Shown: piece after piece, positions 1 to 10,364 of the stretch
How positions within the stretch are numbered: the stretch's first letter is position 1
Layout: the number at the start of each line of letters is the position of its first letter
DNA from: Minisyncoccia bacterium
GTDB lineage: Bacteria; Patescibacteriota; Minisyncoccia; SW-4-49-11
Direction: 5' to 3'
Length of the DNA: 64,000 bases
NCBI GenBank assembly: GCA_044356725.1
Contig: JBIKVS010000003.1
Span: 1-64,000, forward strand
Translations under genes and position numbers: made by a program
Notes under the pieces: model-generated
What the model saw: only the letters and a program-made list of their open reading frames with translations
Database searches by the model: none
What the model was told of the DNA's origin: nothing

Positions 1-1304
1 CTGGATATTAATGACCCATCTCTATATGTCATCTCTGCTCCTGTCGGTATACTGTTTATTTCTACTGGTGTTGTTATTACCAAATCTTCCCACTTGAATT
101 GTGAATTAAACATATTCGGTGATTCTATCGGTCTCTTCTTCCCATTATCTATATAATATACCTTTGGGCTATTTGTTCCTTTTATTAAAAGTCCGTTCGG
201 AAAGTTGCTTGTAAGCATAGCATTATCCATAGAAATCAACTTGCCGGACTTACTCGTATTATTAATGAAATTATGAGCCTCATCAGTACTTAGGCTACCA
301 TAATAATCTCTCCACGCAGACAGTACACCCGTTACCACTGCCGCTGCCATAGAAGTACCTGAACGGTACTGCAATATATTGTTTTGATTATATCCTAAAA
401 TAGCATCACCTGGAGCTACAACATCTATTCCTAAACCGTAATTAGAGTAATCTGGTCTATTATTTCTATTATCTATCGCTCCGACACCAATAACCCAGTT
501 TTTATTACCATCATTATTTAATGGGGATACACTAGGTGAGGTAATATTAATGCCACTATTACCGGCTGCTGCCACCACAATAATACCTCTTTGATAAGCT
601 GTATCAATAATATTATTTAAAACTGGATCAAATGAGGTAGAGGCCAAACTAAGATTGATAATATTTACATTTTGGTCTATAGCATATTGAATACCTTTCA
701 CTAAATCGGATAATAGCCCCGTTCCTTCTGAGTCTAAAATTTTAATAGGAACTATATTAACTCTATCATTAATCCCAGCAATACCAGTTGAATTATTCAC
801 TTTAGACGCAATAATACTAGATACAAATGTACCATGTCCATTATCATCATTAGCGTTATTTGAATTACTTATAAAATTATATCCTGATATGACCTGCCCA
901 GAAAGTTCTGAAATAGTGGTAACTCCTGTATCAATAACTGCAACTTTAGTATTACCTTTAGGTGTATTTGATATTTTAGGATAGGCATTAGTAAAATCAA
1001 TATCTATTCCATTAATACCAGTCTGTCCCAAAATAGATTGGCCTATATTTCTAAGTGACCATTGAGTTGCATAATTTGTATCATTAGTAGCTAAGTATAT
1101 TCTTTGATCTGGAGTGGATTGCACTACACAATCTTGTTTTATATCTTTTTTATCTACTAAATAAAGATTATCAGCTAACTGCTCTTCATAAGAATTTATT
1201 TCACATTTAGTATATACAATACTATTATCTGTATCAGCAAGAGTAAAGTTTGGTATTAATACTAATAAAGGTAGTATATATAAAAAAATTTTAATCTTTT
1301 TCAT
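1..1304 (-). CDS. Secreted S8 (subtilisin-family) serine protease, 3' end runs off the window
   Basis: Not in ORF track; manual translation from ATG 1304 (alt 1316): MKKIKIFLYILPLLVLIPNFTLA signal peptide, VAVIDTG (~921-944), DDNGHGTFV (~822-849), RSGTSMAA (~342-365). Confidence 0.9.
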   Translation of the reverse strand, partial: MKKIKIFLYILPLLVLIPNFTLADTDNSIVYTKCEINSYEEQLADNLYLVDKKDIKQDCVVQSTPDQRIYLATNDTNYATQWSLRNIGQSILGQTGINGIDIDFTNAYPKISNTPKGNTKVAVIDTGVTTISELSGQVISGYNFISNSNNANDDNGHGTFVSSIIASKVNNSTGIAGINDRVNIVPIKILDSEGTGLLSDLVKGIQYAIDQNVNIINLSLASTSFDPVLNNIIDTAYQRGIIVVAAAGNSGINITSPSVSPLNNDGNKNWVIGVGAIDNRNNRPDYSNYGLGIDVVAPGDAILGYNQNNILQYRSGTSMAAAVVTGVLSAWRDYYGSLSTDEAHNFINNTSKSGKLISMDNAMLTSNFPNGLLIKGTNSPKVYYIDNGKKRPIESPNMFNSQFKWEDLVITTPVEINSIPTGAEMTYRDGSLIS

Positions 1305-1509
1305 TATTGTTAGCATATTTAGTCTTTATATTGATAATTTTATTCTCCATTATACTTAGCTTTGATTTGCATATCTTAGCAAGTGCCATACCCTTTTCAA
1401 ACAATTGTACTCCTTTTTCTAACTCAAGGGCATCATTATTTTCTAATTCTTGAGTAAGAAGCTCTAATTCAGTGAAGGCTTGTTTGAATGATTGCTCTGT
1501 TTTTTTCAT
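1291..1509 (-). CDS. xseB: Exodeoxyribonuclease VII small subunit
   Basis: SFKQAFTELE...LELEKGVQLFEKGMALAKIC pattern, 72 aa. Confidence 0.9.
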   Translation of the reverse strand: MKKTEQSFKQAFTELELLTQELENNDALELEKGVQLFEKGMALAKICKSKLSIMENKIINIKTKYANNNEKD

Positions 1510-1524
1510 ATCTTTTATATCAAT

Positions 1525-2832
1525 TTACATCCACTCTGCTGATTGTCTAGTTAACAGTTCTTTGCGATATCTTTTATTAGCTAATAACTCTAAAGATACT
1601 TTCTCCATTCTCGAGGACTGAGACCCCTTTACTATAATGATATCATCTGGGGTAATAAAGTCAACTATTTTTGCAGCGGCTTCATCAGAATTTTCAAACC
1701 AATGATACAGACCTTTTGGATTATGCTTATGAAAGGCGAGTAAAATATCTTTAGCATCCTCACCAACTCCTATACAAACATCAACTATATCAGCCGCCAA
1801 TACACCTATATCTTGATGAATATCTTGTGACATTGGTCCTAATTCCTTCATTTCACCCAAAATAGCTACCTTTCTCACTCCCTTTGCTTTTAATCTAGAG
1901 ATAGCATCTAAAGCCATAGCCATAGCAGCTGGTGCGGCATTATATGTATCATCTATTAATAAAGTATCTTTTATTCCTTCTAAACATCTCAGTCTTCCTT
2001 TTACAGGTACAGTTGTTTTAATTTGCTGTGAAATATCAACTAGATTCATCCCATCTATTAATCCCAATGCAATAGATGGTAAAATTGAATTAACTTGATG
2101 TTTTCCCAAAACATAATCCACTTGAAATGGAATGCTACTTCCTTTATATTCAACTTTAAATTTTCCCTTAGAAACAATACTACTATAATAATTAGCCCAT
2201 TGTTCTTCTGTATTCACAACTTCAATAGACACCTTGAAATCTGAGGCCTTAATATTAACATTACCAAAGCCAAAGGTAATTACATTATCTCTTTTACGAT
2301 AAATTGACTTTAATACATTATCGTCTCCATCTATAATTAAAGTCCCATCTGATTTTAAGGCTCTTAATACCTTAGCATCCTCTTTAATTAATTGTTTTTT
2401 ATCTTTAAATTGAGCTAAATGTACTGGATGTTCTCCAATAAATCCAAATACCACGACATCAAATTCTAGAAAGTCAGTTATAAATTCATCCATATCACCA
2501 GGACTATCGACACCCAATTCTAAAACCCAAATGGGTGCAAATTCACTATAACCAAACCATGATTTTGATAAAGCTTTGAAGATAATTTTAATCCAAGCAA
2601 AAATATTTTTACCTGGAGATTTTTCATCCATAAAAGACAAGGTTATCCCCATGGGGGTGTTATAATTATCAATATTAGTTCCTACTGGACTAAATTGCTC
2701 TAAAAATAAAACCATATTAGCTCGCATACTAGTTTTACCAACATTACCAACTACAGCTATAATAGTAGGATTATATCTTTTTACTAGTTGTTTACTAGAA
2801 TATTTTAAGATTTTATATATAAGAGATTTCAT
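1525..2832 (-). CDS. murF: UDP-MurNAc-tripeptide D-Ala-D-Ala ligase (Mur ligase lacking the usual N-terminal domain)
   Basis: GNVGKTS P-loop, VLELG, IDDTYNAAP, LGEMKELG, VKGSQSSRME. Confidence 0.88.
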   Translation of the reverse strand: MKSLIYKILKYSSKQLVKRYNPTIIAVVGNVGKTSMRANMVLFLEQFSPVGTNIDNYNTPMGITLSFMDEKSPGKNIFAWIKIIFKALSKSWFGYSEFAPIWVLELGVDSPGDMDEFITDFLEFDVVVFGFIGEHPVHLAQFKDKKQLIKEDAKVLRALKSDGTLIIDGDDNVLKSIYRKRDNVITFGFGNVNIKASDFKVSIEVVNTEEQWANYYSSIVSKGKFKVEYKGSSIPFQVDYVLGKHQVNSILPSIALGLIDGMNLVDISQQIKTTVPVKGRLRCLEGIKDTLLIDDTYNAAPAAMAMALDAISRLKAKGVRKVAILGEMKELGPMSQDIHQDIGVLAADIVDVCIGVGEDAKDILLAFHKHNPKGLYHWFENSDEAAAKIVDFITPDDIIIVKGSQSSRMEKVSLELLANKRYRKELLTRQSAEWM

Positions 2833-2849
2833 ATCAGTCTATATTATAG

Positions 2850-4634
2850 TTATTTATCTGGAGGGATAGCAAAGTAGTTTAATAAAAACTCATTGAATTC
2901 TTTCATTTTAGGAACAACAGAACCATCAGCAAACCTAGATCCCTGTGGAGTATCAAGAGATATAAGTAAAGTATACTTTGGATTGTCTAAAGTAGCAAAT
3001 TCTATAAAAGACTGATAAGTTGGACCACCATTTTTAATATATTTACCATTAACTAAAATTTGTCCTGTTCCTGTTTTTCCTCCTATACTATACCCCTCTA
3101 CAGCAGCTGGTTTAGCTGAGCCTTTTTCTACTACATCGACTAACATCTCAGACAACTGTCTAGCACTTTCAGCAGACATAGATTGCCCTTGTATTTCTGG
3201 TTCAAATGTTTTAATATCACCATCTGGACTTTGAATAGATTTTACAATTCTTGGTTTCACAATTTTACCCTCATTGACAATACTATTAAATGAGGTCAAC
3301 ATTCTAATTGGAGTCATAGGTATACTCTGTCCAAATGATATATTAGCATATTCAATGTCACGAGCATCTTTCGCTGATTTTCTTAAATTACTTATATCAT
3401 TATTCACCTCTCCTGGTAAGTCAATACCTGTTTTATTACCTATTTGAAATTGATCTATAATACCTGCTGCAAAAGCATCTCGACCTAATTTACGCTGAAT
3501 AAAAATCATACCTAAATTCAAGGAATTTTCTAAAGCATAGCTCATACTTTGTATTCCATAAGTTTTATTAGACCAATTTGAAATCTCTGATGCATTAATG
3601 ATTTCCTTACCCTTATCATCATAGGTAGTATTTGGGGTTATAACTCCTTTATCTAAACCAATACCCACCGTAATTGGTTTAAATATAGAACCTTGATCAT
3701 AACGACTAGACACTAGTGGATTCTGATAAACCTTAGGATCGGAAACTTTATTATACTCATTTATATCAAAAGTTGGATTTGAAGCCATTGCTAATATGTC
3801 TCCAGTTTTAGGATCCATAATAGCTCCTAAAGCAACTTTTGTTTTATACTCCTGAGCCAATTTAGCTAAAACTTCTTCTAACTTAAATTGCAAAGTATGA
3901 TCAATTGTCAAAACAATATTAGAACCATTGACTGCATCTTTTTTATCTATTGATGTGTTCAGCAACCAAACACCTCTTCTATCCTTAGCCTCTACATTAG
4001 CATACCCATCTTCCCCTCTTAATATATCCTCATAATATTTTTCAACCCCATATTGACCAGTGTTATCATTCTTAGAGACAAAACCTAAAACCTGAGACCC
4101 TAATGTTTTTTCTGGATAATATCTGGTAGATTTTTTTTCTAGAATTAAGCCTCTTAGTTTTTTATCTTTAATAGGATTAACAGTAGCCTCTGGTACGTCT
4201 TTTACAAAAATATAATATTTATTATCTGTCTTATTAAACTCCTCTTCCAATTTAGCTTTATCTATATCAGGAAAATTCTGTTCGATAAATTCTTTAATTT
4301 GAACTTTATTAGATTCATTTTGACTAAGAAGACTAGCGTCTATACCTATATCATAAGTAATTAAATTGATAGCAACTGGAAAATCAGTCCCAGATTTTAG
4401 ATTTTGAAAATATATATTACCTCTGTCTCCTACTAATGTAAATTTTCCTTGATGTTTCTTATCAGCCCGAGCTTTATATATATCGTATTCTAAAATTTGA
4501 ATCTGAAATAACCTACCAATAATCACTAAAAAAACAAAGAAAACTATACCAACAAAGCTCCAAAATCTCCAATTTTCCTTCACTGGTTTTCTAACTATTG
4601 TAATATTCTTTCGTCGATCACCCCTTACTGACAT
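2850..4634 (-). CDS. ftsI: Class B penicillin-binding protein (FtsI-like)
   Basis: N-terminal TM, RGNIY, RYYP, GSIFK (SxxK), SLN, KTGT; follows mraZ-rsmH. Confidence 0.85.
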   Translation of the reverse strand: MSVRGDRRKNITIVRKPVKENWRFWSFVGIVFFVFLVIIGRLFQIQILEYDIYKARADKKHQGKFTLVGDRGNIYFQNLKSGTDFPVAINLITYDIGIDASLLSQNESNKVQIKEFIEQNFPDIDKAKLEEEFNKTDNKYYIFVKDVPEATVNPIKDKKLRGLILEKKSTRYYPEKTLGSQVLGFVSKNDNTGQYGVEKYYEDILRGEDGYANVEAKDRRGVWLLNTSIDKKDAVNGSNIVLTIDHTLQFKLEEVLAKLAQEYKTKVALGAIMDPKTGDILAMASNPTFDINEYNKVSDPKVYQNPLVSSRYDQGSIFKPITVGIGLDKGVITPNTTYDDKGKEIINASEISNWSNKTYGIQSMSYALENSLNLGMIFIQRKLGRDAFAAGIIDQFQIGNKTGIDLPGEVNNDISNLRKSAKDARDIEYANISFGQSIPMTPIRMLTSFNSIVNEGKIVKPRIVKSIQSPDGDIKTFEPEIQGQSMSAESARQLSEMLVDVVEKGSAKPAAVEGYSIGGKTGTGQILVNGKYIKNGGPTYQSFIEFATLDNPKYTLLISLDTPQGSRFADGSVVPKMKEFNEFLLNYFAIPPDK

Positions 4635-4637
4635 AGA

Positions 4638-4928
4638 TTATTTTTTTACTAAAGCACCATTTTGATCTAAATAAATAAAATCTGATTTTTCCATAGCTAT
4701 AATCTCAGGGTTAGACATAGCATTTCCAATAGAGTTATATTGAGCAACTTTAGTATTCAATTGTGTATAAGCTTGCTTGACGTCATCCAGGGTTTTCTTT
4801 TCATTAGCTAACATATAGCTATACATCCATAGACTATTTGTTTCGGCAATATAAACAACTCCTAATAATAGTGCTATAGAGATTAAAGTGTGAATTGGTT
4901 GTATTTTCATATAGTTAGATTTTTTCAA
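4638..4928 (-). CDS. Small TM plus coiled-coil protein, positional FtsL-like
   Basis: One TM then coiled coil; lies between rsmH and ftsI. Confidence 0.55.
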   Translation of the reverse strand: MKKSNYMKIQPIHTLISIALLLGVVYIAETNSLWMYSYMLANEKKTLDDVKQAYTQLNTKVAQYNSIGNAMSNPEIIAMEKSDFIYLDQNGALVKK

Positions 4929-5814
4929 TTATACGGAGTTTGGCAGATCTAGATCTTGGATTCGCGCCCAATTCTATCTCAGATGGGGTAATAGGTTTTT
5001 TGGTTAAAATATTTACAAAGCCTTGAGCTTTCCATTCACGAAAAATATTTTTTACAATTCTATCCTCTCCAGAATGAAAGGACACGATTACTAATCTACC
5101 AGATGAATTAAGTAAATTCAAAGAAGAAGCCAAGAGAGAATTCAGAGCTCCTATTTCATCATTAACTTCCATTCTTAAAGCCTGAAAAACTCTAGTGGCT
5201 GGATGAATTGATCTTTTTAAAAATTTAGAGGGCACAATAGATAAAATTAAATTTACTAATTCTGTAGTTGTAGCAATATTTTTCTTTTTACGCCCCTCTA
5301 CAATTACTCTAGCAATTCTCCCAGAAAAAGGCTCGTCACCCAAATCTCTAAACAAATTATATAAATCTTCCTGCGAATATGAATTCACAATATCTGCTGC
5401 AGTAATAGCATCAGAACTAGTATCGAAGCGCATATCTAGCTGAGCATTATCTTTAAAACTAAACCCCCTAGAAACATCATCTAATTCCATAGAAGATAAA
5501 CCTAAATCCGCAACAATACCGTCGACAGAGTTGATTCGCAATTCTGACAATACTTGTTCAATTAATCTAAAATTGCTATGTTTTAAAATAATTTTACCCT
5601 CACTAATCTGACTAGATAATCTCTGTTCAACCAAATCTAAAGCAGACTTATCAGCATCAATTCCAATTACCTTACCAGACCCTAGCTGCCCTGCAATCAA
5701 CTCAGTATATCCACCAAAACCTAAAGTAGCATCAACATAGATCCCATTCGCACGAATAGCTAAACCTTGTATTGCTTCATCTCTTAGTACTGGAATGTGT
5801 TTTACATCAGACAT
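4915..5814 (-). CDS. rsmH: 16S rRNA m4C1402 methyltransferase
   Basis: HIPVL, DATLGFGG, DLGLSS, LDMRFD, HPATRVFQALR, NPRSRSAKLR. Confidence 0.97.
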   Translation of the reverse strand: MSDVKHIPVLRDEAIQGLAIRANGIYVDATLGFGGYTELIAGQLGSGKVIGIDADKSALDLVEQRLSSQISEGKIILKHSNFRLIEQVLSELRINSVDGIVADLGLSSMELDDVSRGFSFKDNAQLDMRFDTSSDAITAADIVNSYSQEDLYNLFRDLGDEPFSGRIARVIVEGRKKKNIATTTELVNLILSIVPSKFLKRSIHPATRVFQALRMEVNDEIGALNSLLASSLNLLNSSGRLVIVSFHSGEDRIVKNIFREWKAQGFVNILTKKPITPSEIELGANPRSRSAKLRIIEKI

Positions 5815-5816
5815 AT

Positions 5817-6248
5817 CTATACCCCTAAATCTGCTAACTGCTCTGCAATTTCTCCAGATTCTGCTTCTGTCCTTTCTTTATAAGTCTGCCACTCAGATTC
5901 ATCCCAAATTTCTAATCTATCAAACAAGCCTGTAATTACAACTTTTTTTCCTAAATTAGCATACACTCTCAGATAATCTGGTAAGACAATTCTACCCTGT
6001 TTATCCAGAGTCACATCCATAGCTCCAGCCAACATCAACCTACTAAAGGCCCTATTATTATTACTGCTAATTGGTAATTTACTCAATTTTGTAGCTAATT
6101 CTTTCCAAGACTCATAAGTATAAACCCAGAGGCAATTATCTAAACCTTTGGTAACAACAAGGCCAGCTCTCAAATCTTCTTGAAATTTTTTTGGAACGGC
6201 AAGCCGCCCCTTATCATCAATATTATGGCTATATTCACCTATAAACAT
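5817..6248 (-). CDS. mraZ: Transcriptional regulator MraZ
   Basis: MFIGEYSHNIDDKGRLAVP and LDKQGRI (two DxxGR repeats). Confidence 0.97.
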   Translation of the reverse strand: MFIGEYSHNIDDKGRLAVPKKFQEDLRAGLVVTKGLDNCLWVYTYESWKELATKLSKLPISSNNNRAFSRLMLAGAMDVTLDKQGRIVLPDYLRVYANLGKKVVITGLFDRLEIWDESEWQTYKERTEAESGEIAEQLADLGV

Positions 6249-6256
6249 ATTTTATT

Positions 6257-6319
6257 CACCATTTATTTCCATTTACTACCACTTTTCACCATTATACACA
6301 TATTTTATTCCATTGTCAA
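6257..6319 (-). promoter_or_regulatory. mraZ promoter with 10-bp-periodic TGG(T/A) boxes (MraZ operator)
   Basis: TTGACA 6314-6319, 17 bp, TATAAT 6291-6296; minus-strand TGGTG/TGGTA/TGGAA/TGGTG at 6287-91, 6277-81, 6267-71, 6257-61. Confidence 0.85.
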
Positions 6320-6407
6320 ATCAATTTTAGGTATAACTTATAAAAGTAAAAGACCCTAAGTTTGTTTTTAGGTTTTTTATTCTAAATTATAATATAAACT
6401 TATTATT

Positions 6408-7067
6408 TTATAATTTAGGCTTTAAAATATTTTTACAAAAAGTAGTACGATGTATATCTGATAGACCATAATGTTTAATGGCCTCAATATGTTCTTGAGT
6501 GCCATAGCCTTTATGTTTTGAAAAACCATATTGAGAATATTGAATATTACATTGAGTCATTAGATTATCTCTATAAACTTTGGCATATATAGACGCAAGT
6601 GCAATACTAAGATGCTTATTATCTCCTTTAATAACAGCTTGATGTGGATATTCTATCCCAATAGGGATAATATTGCCATCAATTAAAATTCCAACTTTAG
6701 ATTCAAGTGGTAACTGTAGTAGACACTGCTCTAAAGCATCTAGCCAAGCTATTTTAGTAGCCTCTAATATATTAATAGTATCGATGGTATTGGCTGATAT
6801 AGTACCTAAACCAATTGGATATTGATTTTGTATAATATCATATATAGCTTGTCGCCTTGTTGCAGTTACTTTCTTAGAATCTTGAGTGTATTTAAGTGGA
6901 GACTGTTGCCAGATTTCAGCAAACAAATTATTTAGACTCAAGGCTATAGCTACTGCTACTACTGGACCAGCTAAAGTACCTCTACCAGCTTCATCTATTC
7001 CAATAATATAGTCTAATTGCCATTTATTTATATATAATTTATCTCCTTCTTGTAAATTGGATATCAT
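6408..7067 (-). CDS. rnhB: Ribonuclease HII
   Basis: GIDEAGRG, DSKK, IDG, KGD, ASIYAKVYRD, HKGYGT. Confidence 0.95.
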   Translation of the reverse strand: MISNLQEGDKLYINKWQLDYIIGIDEAGRGTLAGPVVAVAIALSLNNLFAEIWQQSPLKYTQDSKKVTATRRQAIYDIIQNQYPIGLGTISANTIDTINILEATKIAWLDALEQCLLQLPLESKVGILIDGNIIPIGIEYPHQAVIKGDNKHLSIALASIYAKVYRDNLMTQCNIQYSQYGFSKHKGYGTQEHIEAIKHYGLSDIHRTTFCKNILKPKL

Positions 7068-7068
7068 A

Positions 7069-7566
7069 TTACAAAACTTTCAACTCAGTAAAAGCTTGTT
7101 TATAAATAATCATAGCCTGTTTAGCTTTATTCTCAGTCAATACAAATTCTGTGGTATGAACTAGATGATTTCTAAGTCTATGCACTTGCCACACATTATC
7201 TATGCTAGGAAGTTGTGAAACCGGAATAGCTTTGAGCCTCTCACCCATTGTAGAGCCTGGTATAGTTAATTTTTTCAAAACTGTGTCTAATAATTTATCT
7301 GCTTCTATAACCGCTAATTTATAATTAGCTTCGTCACCAGAATCTAATCTGTTGATAATCTTTTCCCACTCTTGGGTCACTTTGAGACTATGATCTAATC
7401 CTACTTCTGGAACTTTACGAAATCCAATAAATATATTATATATTTTTTTCTGCCAAAAATCTGTCTTGATAGCTAAATATATGATCAAGACGAACATTAC
7501 CCAAGATGCTATTCCTGATATAATTTGTACCAATAAAAAGATATTATTGATTATCGAATTTATCAT
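7069..7566 (-). CDS. Membrane-anchored hypothetical protein with HEPN-like RxxxxH motif
   Basis: N-terminal TM; AVIEADKLLD...TMGERLK...RNHLVH. Confidence 0.6.
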   Translation of the reverse strand: MINSIINNIFLLVQIISGIASWVMFVLIIYLAIKTDFWQKKIYNIFIGFRKVPEVGLDHSLKVTQEWEKIINRLDSGDEANYKLAVIEADKLLDTVLKKLTIPGSTMGERLKAIPVSQLPSIDNVWQVHRLRNHLVHTTEFVLTENKAKQAMIIYKQAFTELKVL

Positions 7567-8998
7567 ATCTTATATTATCTATAGCTTGAGCTAAAGTTAG
7601 TAGTTTTTGTTCTTGAAAATGATTACTCATTAATTGGAATCCTATTGGAAGTCCTGCATTAGATAAAGTAGGCACTGAAATACCTGGTATTCCTGCTAAG
7701 TTAGTAGCTACTGTGAAGATATCTTCAAGATACATAGAAACTGGGTCATTGATTTTCTCTCCAATATTAAAGGCCGTATGTGGACTAGTTGGAGTAATAA
7801 TAGCATCTACTTCTTTGAAGACATTGACAAAATCTTGTCTAATCATATTCTGAACTTGTTTAGCCTTACCATAATATGACGAGTAATATCCACTAGATAA
7901 AACATAAGTTCCCAACATAATTCTTCTTAAAGGCTCATTCCCAAATCCTTTAGCCCTACTAGCTCGATATACTTCTTGTAAATCTTGAGAATTTTGTAAT
8001 TCAGATAATCCATATCTAATCCCATCAAAACGGGCTAAGTTAGTACTAACTTCAGCTGGCATAATAATATAATAGGTAGGAACTGCATATTCTGTATGAG
8101 GTAAACTCACTTCTACAAATTCTACTCCTAAAGTCTTATAAGTTTGTATAACTTCATCAATCGCTTTTCTGACATTCTCATCAATACCATCTATAAAATA
8201 TTCTTTTGGAATACCAACTCTCATACCCTTAACATTAGATTCCCTAATTTTATCAATATCCAAAAGTTGACTTGTCTCTAACTTAGCAGAGGTAGCATCC
8301 ATATCATCCTTACCTTCTATTGCTTGTAGGATATAAGCTGTATCAATGACTCTATGAGCAAAATGTCCAATTTGGTCTAAAGAAGAGGCCATTGCAATTA
8401 AACCAGATCTAGAAACTCTTCCATAAGTAGGTTTTAGACCGACTACTCCTGTAAGTGAAGCTGGCTGCCTAATTGAACCCCCTGTATCAGATCCAATTGA
8501 AATTACAGCCATATCCCCAGACACACTGGCAGCAGAACCTCCTGAGGAGCCTCCTGGAACTCTATTTGTATCAGCTGGATTACGAGTAGCTCCAAAGGCA
8601 GAGTTCTCAGTAGATGCCCCCATAGCAAATTCATCTAAATTAGTTTTACCTATAAAGATTACACCTGCTTCTTTTAATTTAGTAATAACAGTAGCATCGT
8701 AAGTAGCTGTATAATCCTCTAACATTCTAGAGGAAGCGGTTGCTTTATATCCTTCAATTAGAATTGCATCTTTGACTGAAATTGGAATGCCTTCTAATAA
8801 ACCTAATTTTTCTCCACGAGCTAATTTGGAATCAATAGTTTCAGCCTGTTTTAAGGATTCTTCTCCAAAAACTTCAGTATAAGAATTGATTTCTTTATCT
8901 TTAGATTGAATAGTAGCCAGTATGTCTTCTACTACTTTTGTGACGGTAGTATTGGATTCTATATAAGACTTATGGAGTTGTTCTATAGATGGTAGCAT
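7544..8998 (-). CDS. gatA: Asp/Glu-tRNA amidotransferase subunit A
   Basis: GKTNLDEFAMG, GGSSGGSAA, GSDTGGSIRQPA, RRIMLGTYVLS. Confidence 0.97.
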   Translation of the reverse strand: MLPSIEQLHKSYIESNTTVTKVVEDILATIQSKDKEINSYTEVFGEESLKQAETIDSKLARGEKLGLLEGIPISVKDAILIEGYKATASSRMLEDYTATYDATVITKLKEAGVIFIGKTNLDEFAMGASTENSAFGATRNPADTNRVPGGSSGGSAASVSGDMAVISIGSDTGGSIRQPASLTGVVGLKPTYGRVSRSGLIAMASSLDQIGHFAHRVIDTAYILQAIEGKDDMDATSAKLETSQLLDIDKIRESNVKGMRVGIPKEYFIDGIDENVRKAIDEVIQTYKTLGVEFVEVSLPHTEYAVPTYYIIMPAEVSTNLARFDGIRYGLSELQNSQDLQEVYRASRAKGFGNEPLRRIMLGTYVLSSGYYSSYYGKAKQVQNMIRQDFVNVFKEVDAIITPTSPHTAFNIGEKINDPVSMYLEDIFTVATNLAGIPGISVPTLSNAGLPIGFQLMSNHFQEQKLLTLAQAIDNIRYDKFDNQ

Positions 8999-9002
8999 AT
9001 TG

Positions 9003-9293
9003 TTATTTTTTCAAAACTGATTTAACTACTAAATACCCTTCTTCTACTAATGGCATTTCTTGGATAATATTTTCTTTAATATTAGAGCTAAATCTTGGAT
9101 TATTATCTAAAGCAATATCTTCTCTTAGAGATTGAGTATGATAAGTGGGAATAGTTTTAGCTTCTAAATCTAGAGAAGTTAAAGTTGTGACATAGTCTAA
9201 AATATTACCAAAATCTTGAGTTAACATATTATGTCTTTCCGAAGAAAGGTTAATATGAGCTAATTTAGCAATAGTACTAACATCGTAATCCAT
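9003..9293 (-). CDS. gatC: Asp/Glu-tRNA amidotransferase subunit C
   Basis: IAKLAHI...ILDYV...LRED...GYLVVKSV; upstream of gatA. Confidence 0.88.
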   Translation of the reverse strand: MDYDVSTIAKLAHINLSSERHNMLTQDFGNILDYVTTLTSLDLEAKTIPTYHTQSLREDIALDNNPRFSSNIKENIIQEMPLVEEGYLVVKSVLKK

Positions 9294-9296
9294 ATT

Positions 9297-10316
9297 TTAA
9301 TCTTTCAATAATAATTTGAATTCTTCTACCATATCTACTGGAGTAGGGTCAATCCCATAAGCTAAAGCCAGATAATAAGCAGTCCAGTCACCAATTAGAG
9401 TCATAGCGACTAAATTAGCTAATTTATTACCAAAATCTGGGATAACTATATTGCTTACAGCCAAACCTCTACTTTCAAATAATTGTGTTAGTTTTTCAAA
9501 TCTCTTAATATTGCGAGAAGTTTCTACTTCATTTTGTAAAAATATAAACTGAAATTCAGCCTGTGGATTTGTAAATCCTAACATTTCATTATGATTAAGT
9601 TCTGGTATATAATTCCAAAAACAAGGAGTTTTGGCATTCTCATTAATCTTAATTTTCCATAAATGAGCTGATAATTTATACTCACAAGTAGCATATATAA
9701 CTGGAGTTTTACCTTTGATTAATGAGGCTAACACCTCCCCTTGAGATTCAAAATCTTGTGGCTTAACTGAGCTAACTAGACTTACAACTTTTTCTCTAGC
9801 ACTCTCTGATAATACTCCAAATTTAATTAACACCTCAATAATTGCTTTTAGAATATATAAAGTAGCATATCTTGGCTGAAAATCTGGACTTGGATTTGGG
9901 ATTATTACATAAGGTTGATTTAGTTCTCGAGCCCTATCAATTAAAGCTCCTCCTGCAGCTATGGCAATTACTACTCTATTCTCAGCTATAGCATTTTCAT
10001 AAGCTGATAGTGTTTCCTCGGTATTACCAGAATAACTAATAGCCAATATTAAAGATGTATCTGTAATATACTTTGAGCTATTATAATCTCGATTAATATG
10101 CACAGGATACAAACTCCCATCTTCGGTATATTGAGAGAAGGTTTCGGATAATAATTCAGCTGGCAGTGCTGATCCACCCATACCATTGATAATGATATTG
10201 TTAAATTTTGATTGTATTGTTTCTGGTAAATTCTCAATACTATAGTCATAGTTAATCTGATCTACAGCCTCTAGTATTACCTGTCTTAAATTATATTTAT
10301 CTAATGTATTATTCAT
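9297..10316 (-). CDS. Bifunctional phosphoglucose/phosphomannose isomerase (SIS)
   Basis: GMGGSA, SYSGNTEET, QPR, INENAK, PELNHNE, DPTPV. Confidence 0.9.
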   Translation of the reverse strand: MNNTLDKYNLRQVILEAVDQINYDYSIENLPETIQSKFNNIIINGMGGSALPAELLSETFSQYTEDGSLYPVHINRDYNSSKYITDTSLILAISYSGNTEETLSAYENAIAENRVVIAIAAGGALIDRARELNQPYVIIPNPSPDFQPRYATLYILKAIIEVLIKFGVLSESAREKVVSLVSSVKPQDFESQGEVLASLIKGKTPVIYATCEYKLSAHLWKIKINENAKTPCFWNYIPELNHNEMLGFTNPQAEFQFIFLQNEVETSRNIKRFEKLTQLFESRGLAVSNIVIPDFGNKLANLVAMTLIGDWTAYYLALAYGIDPTPVDMVEEFKLLLKD

Positions 10317-10364
10317 ATATTGTCTATATTTTGGATTGTACCTATTTAGTATAGCACAGAATTT

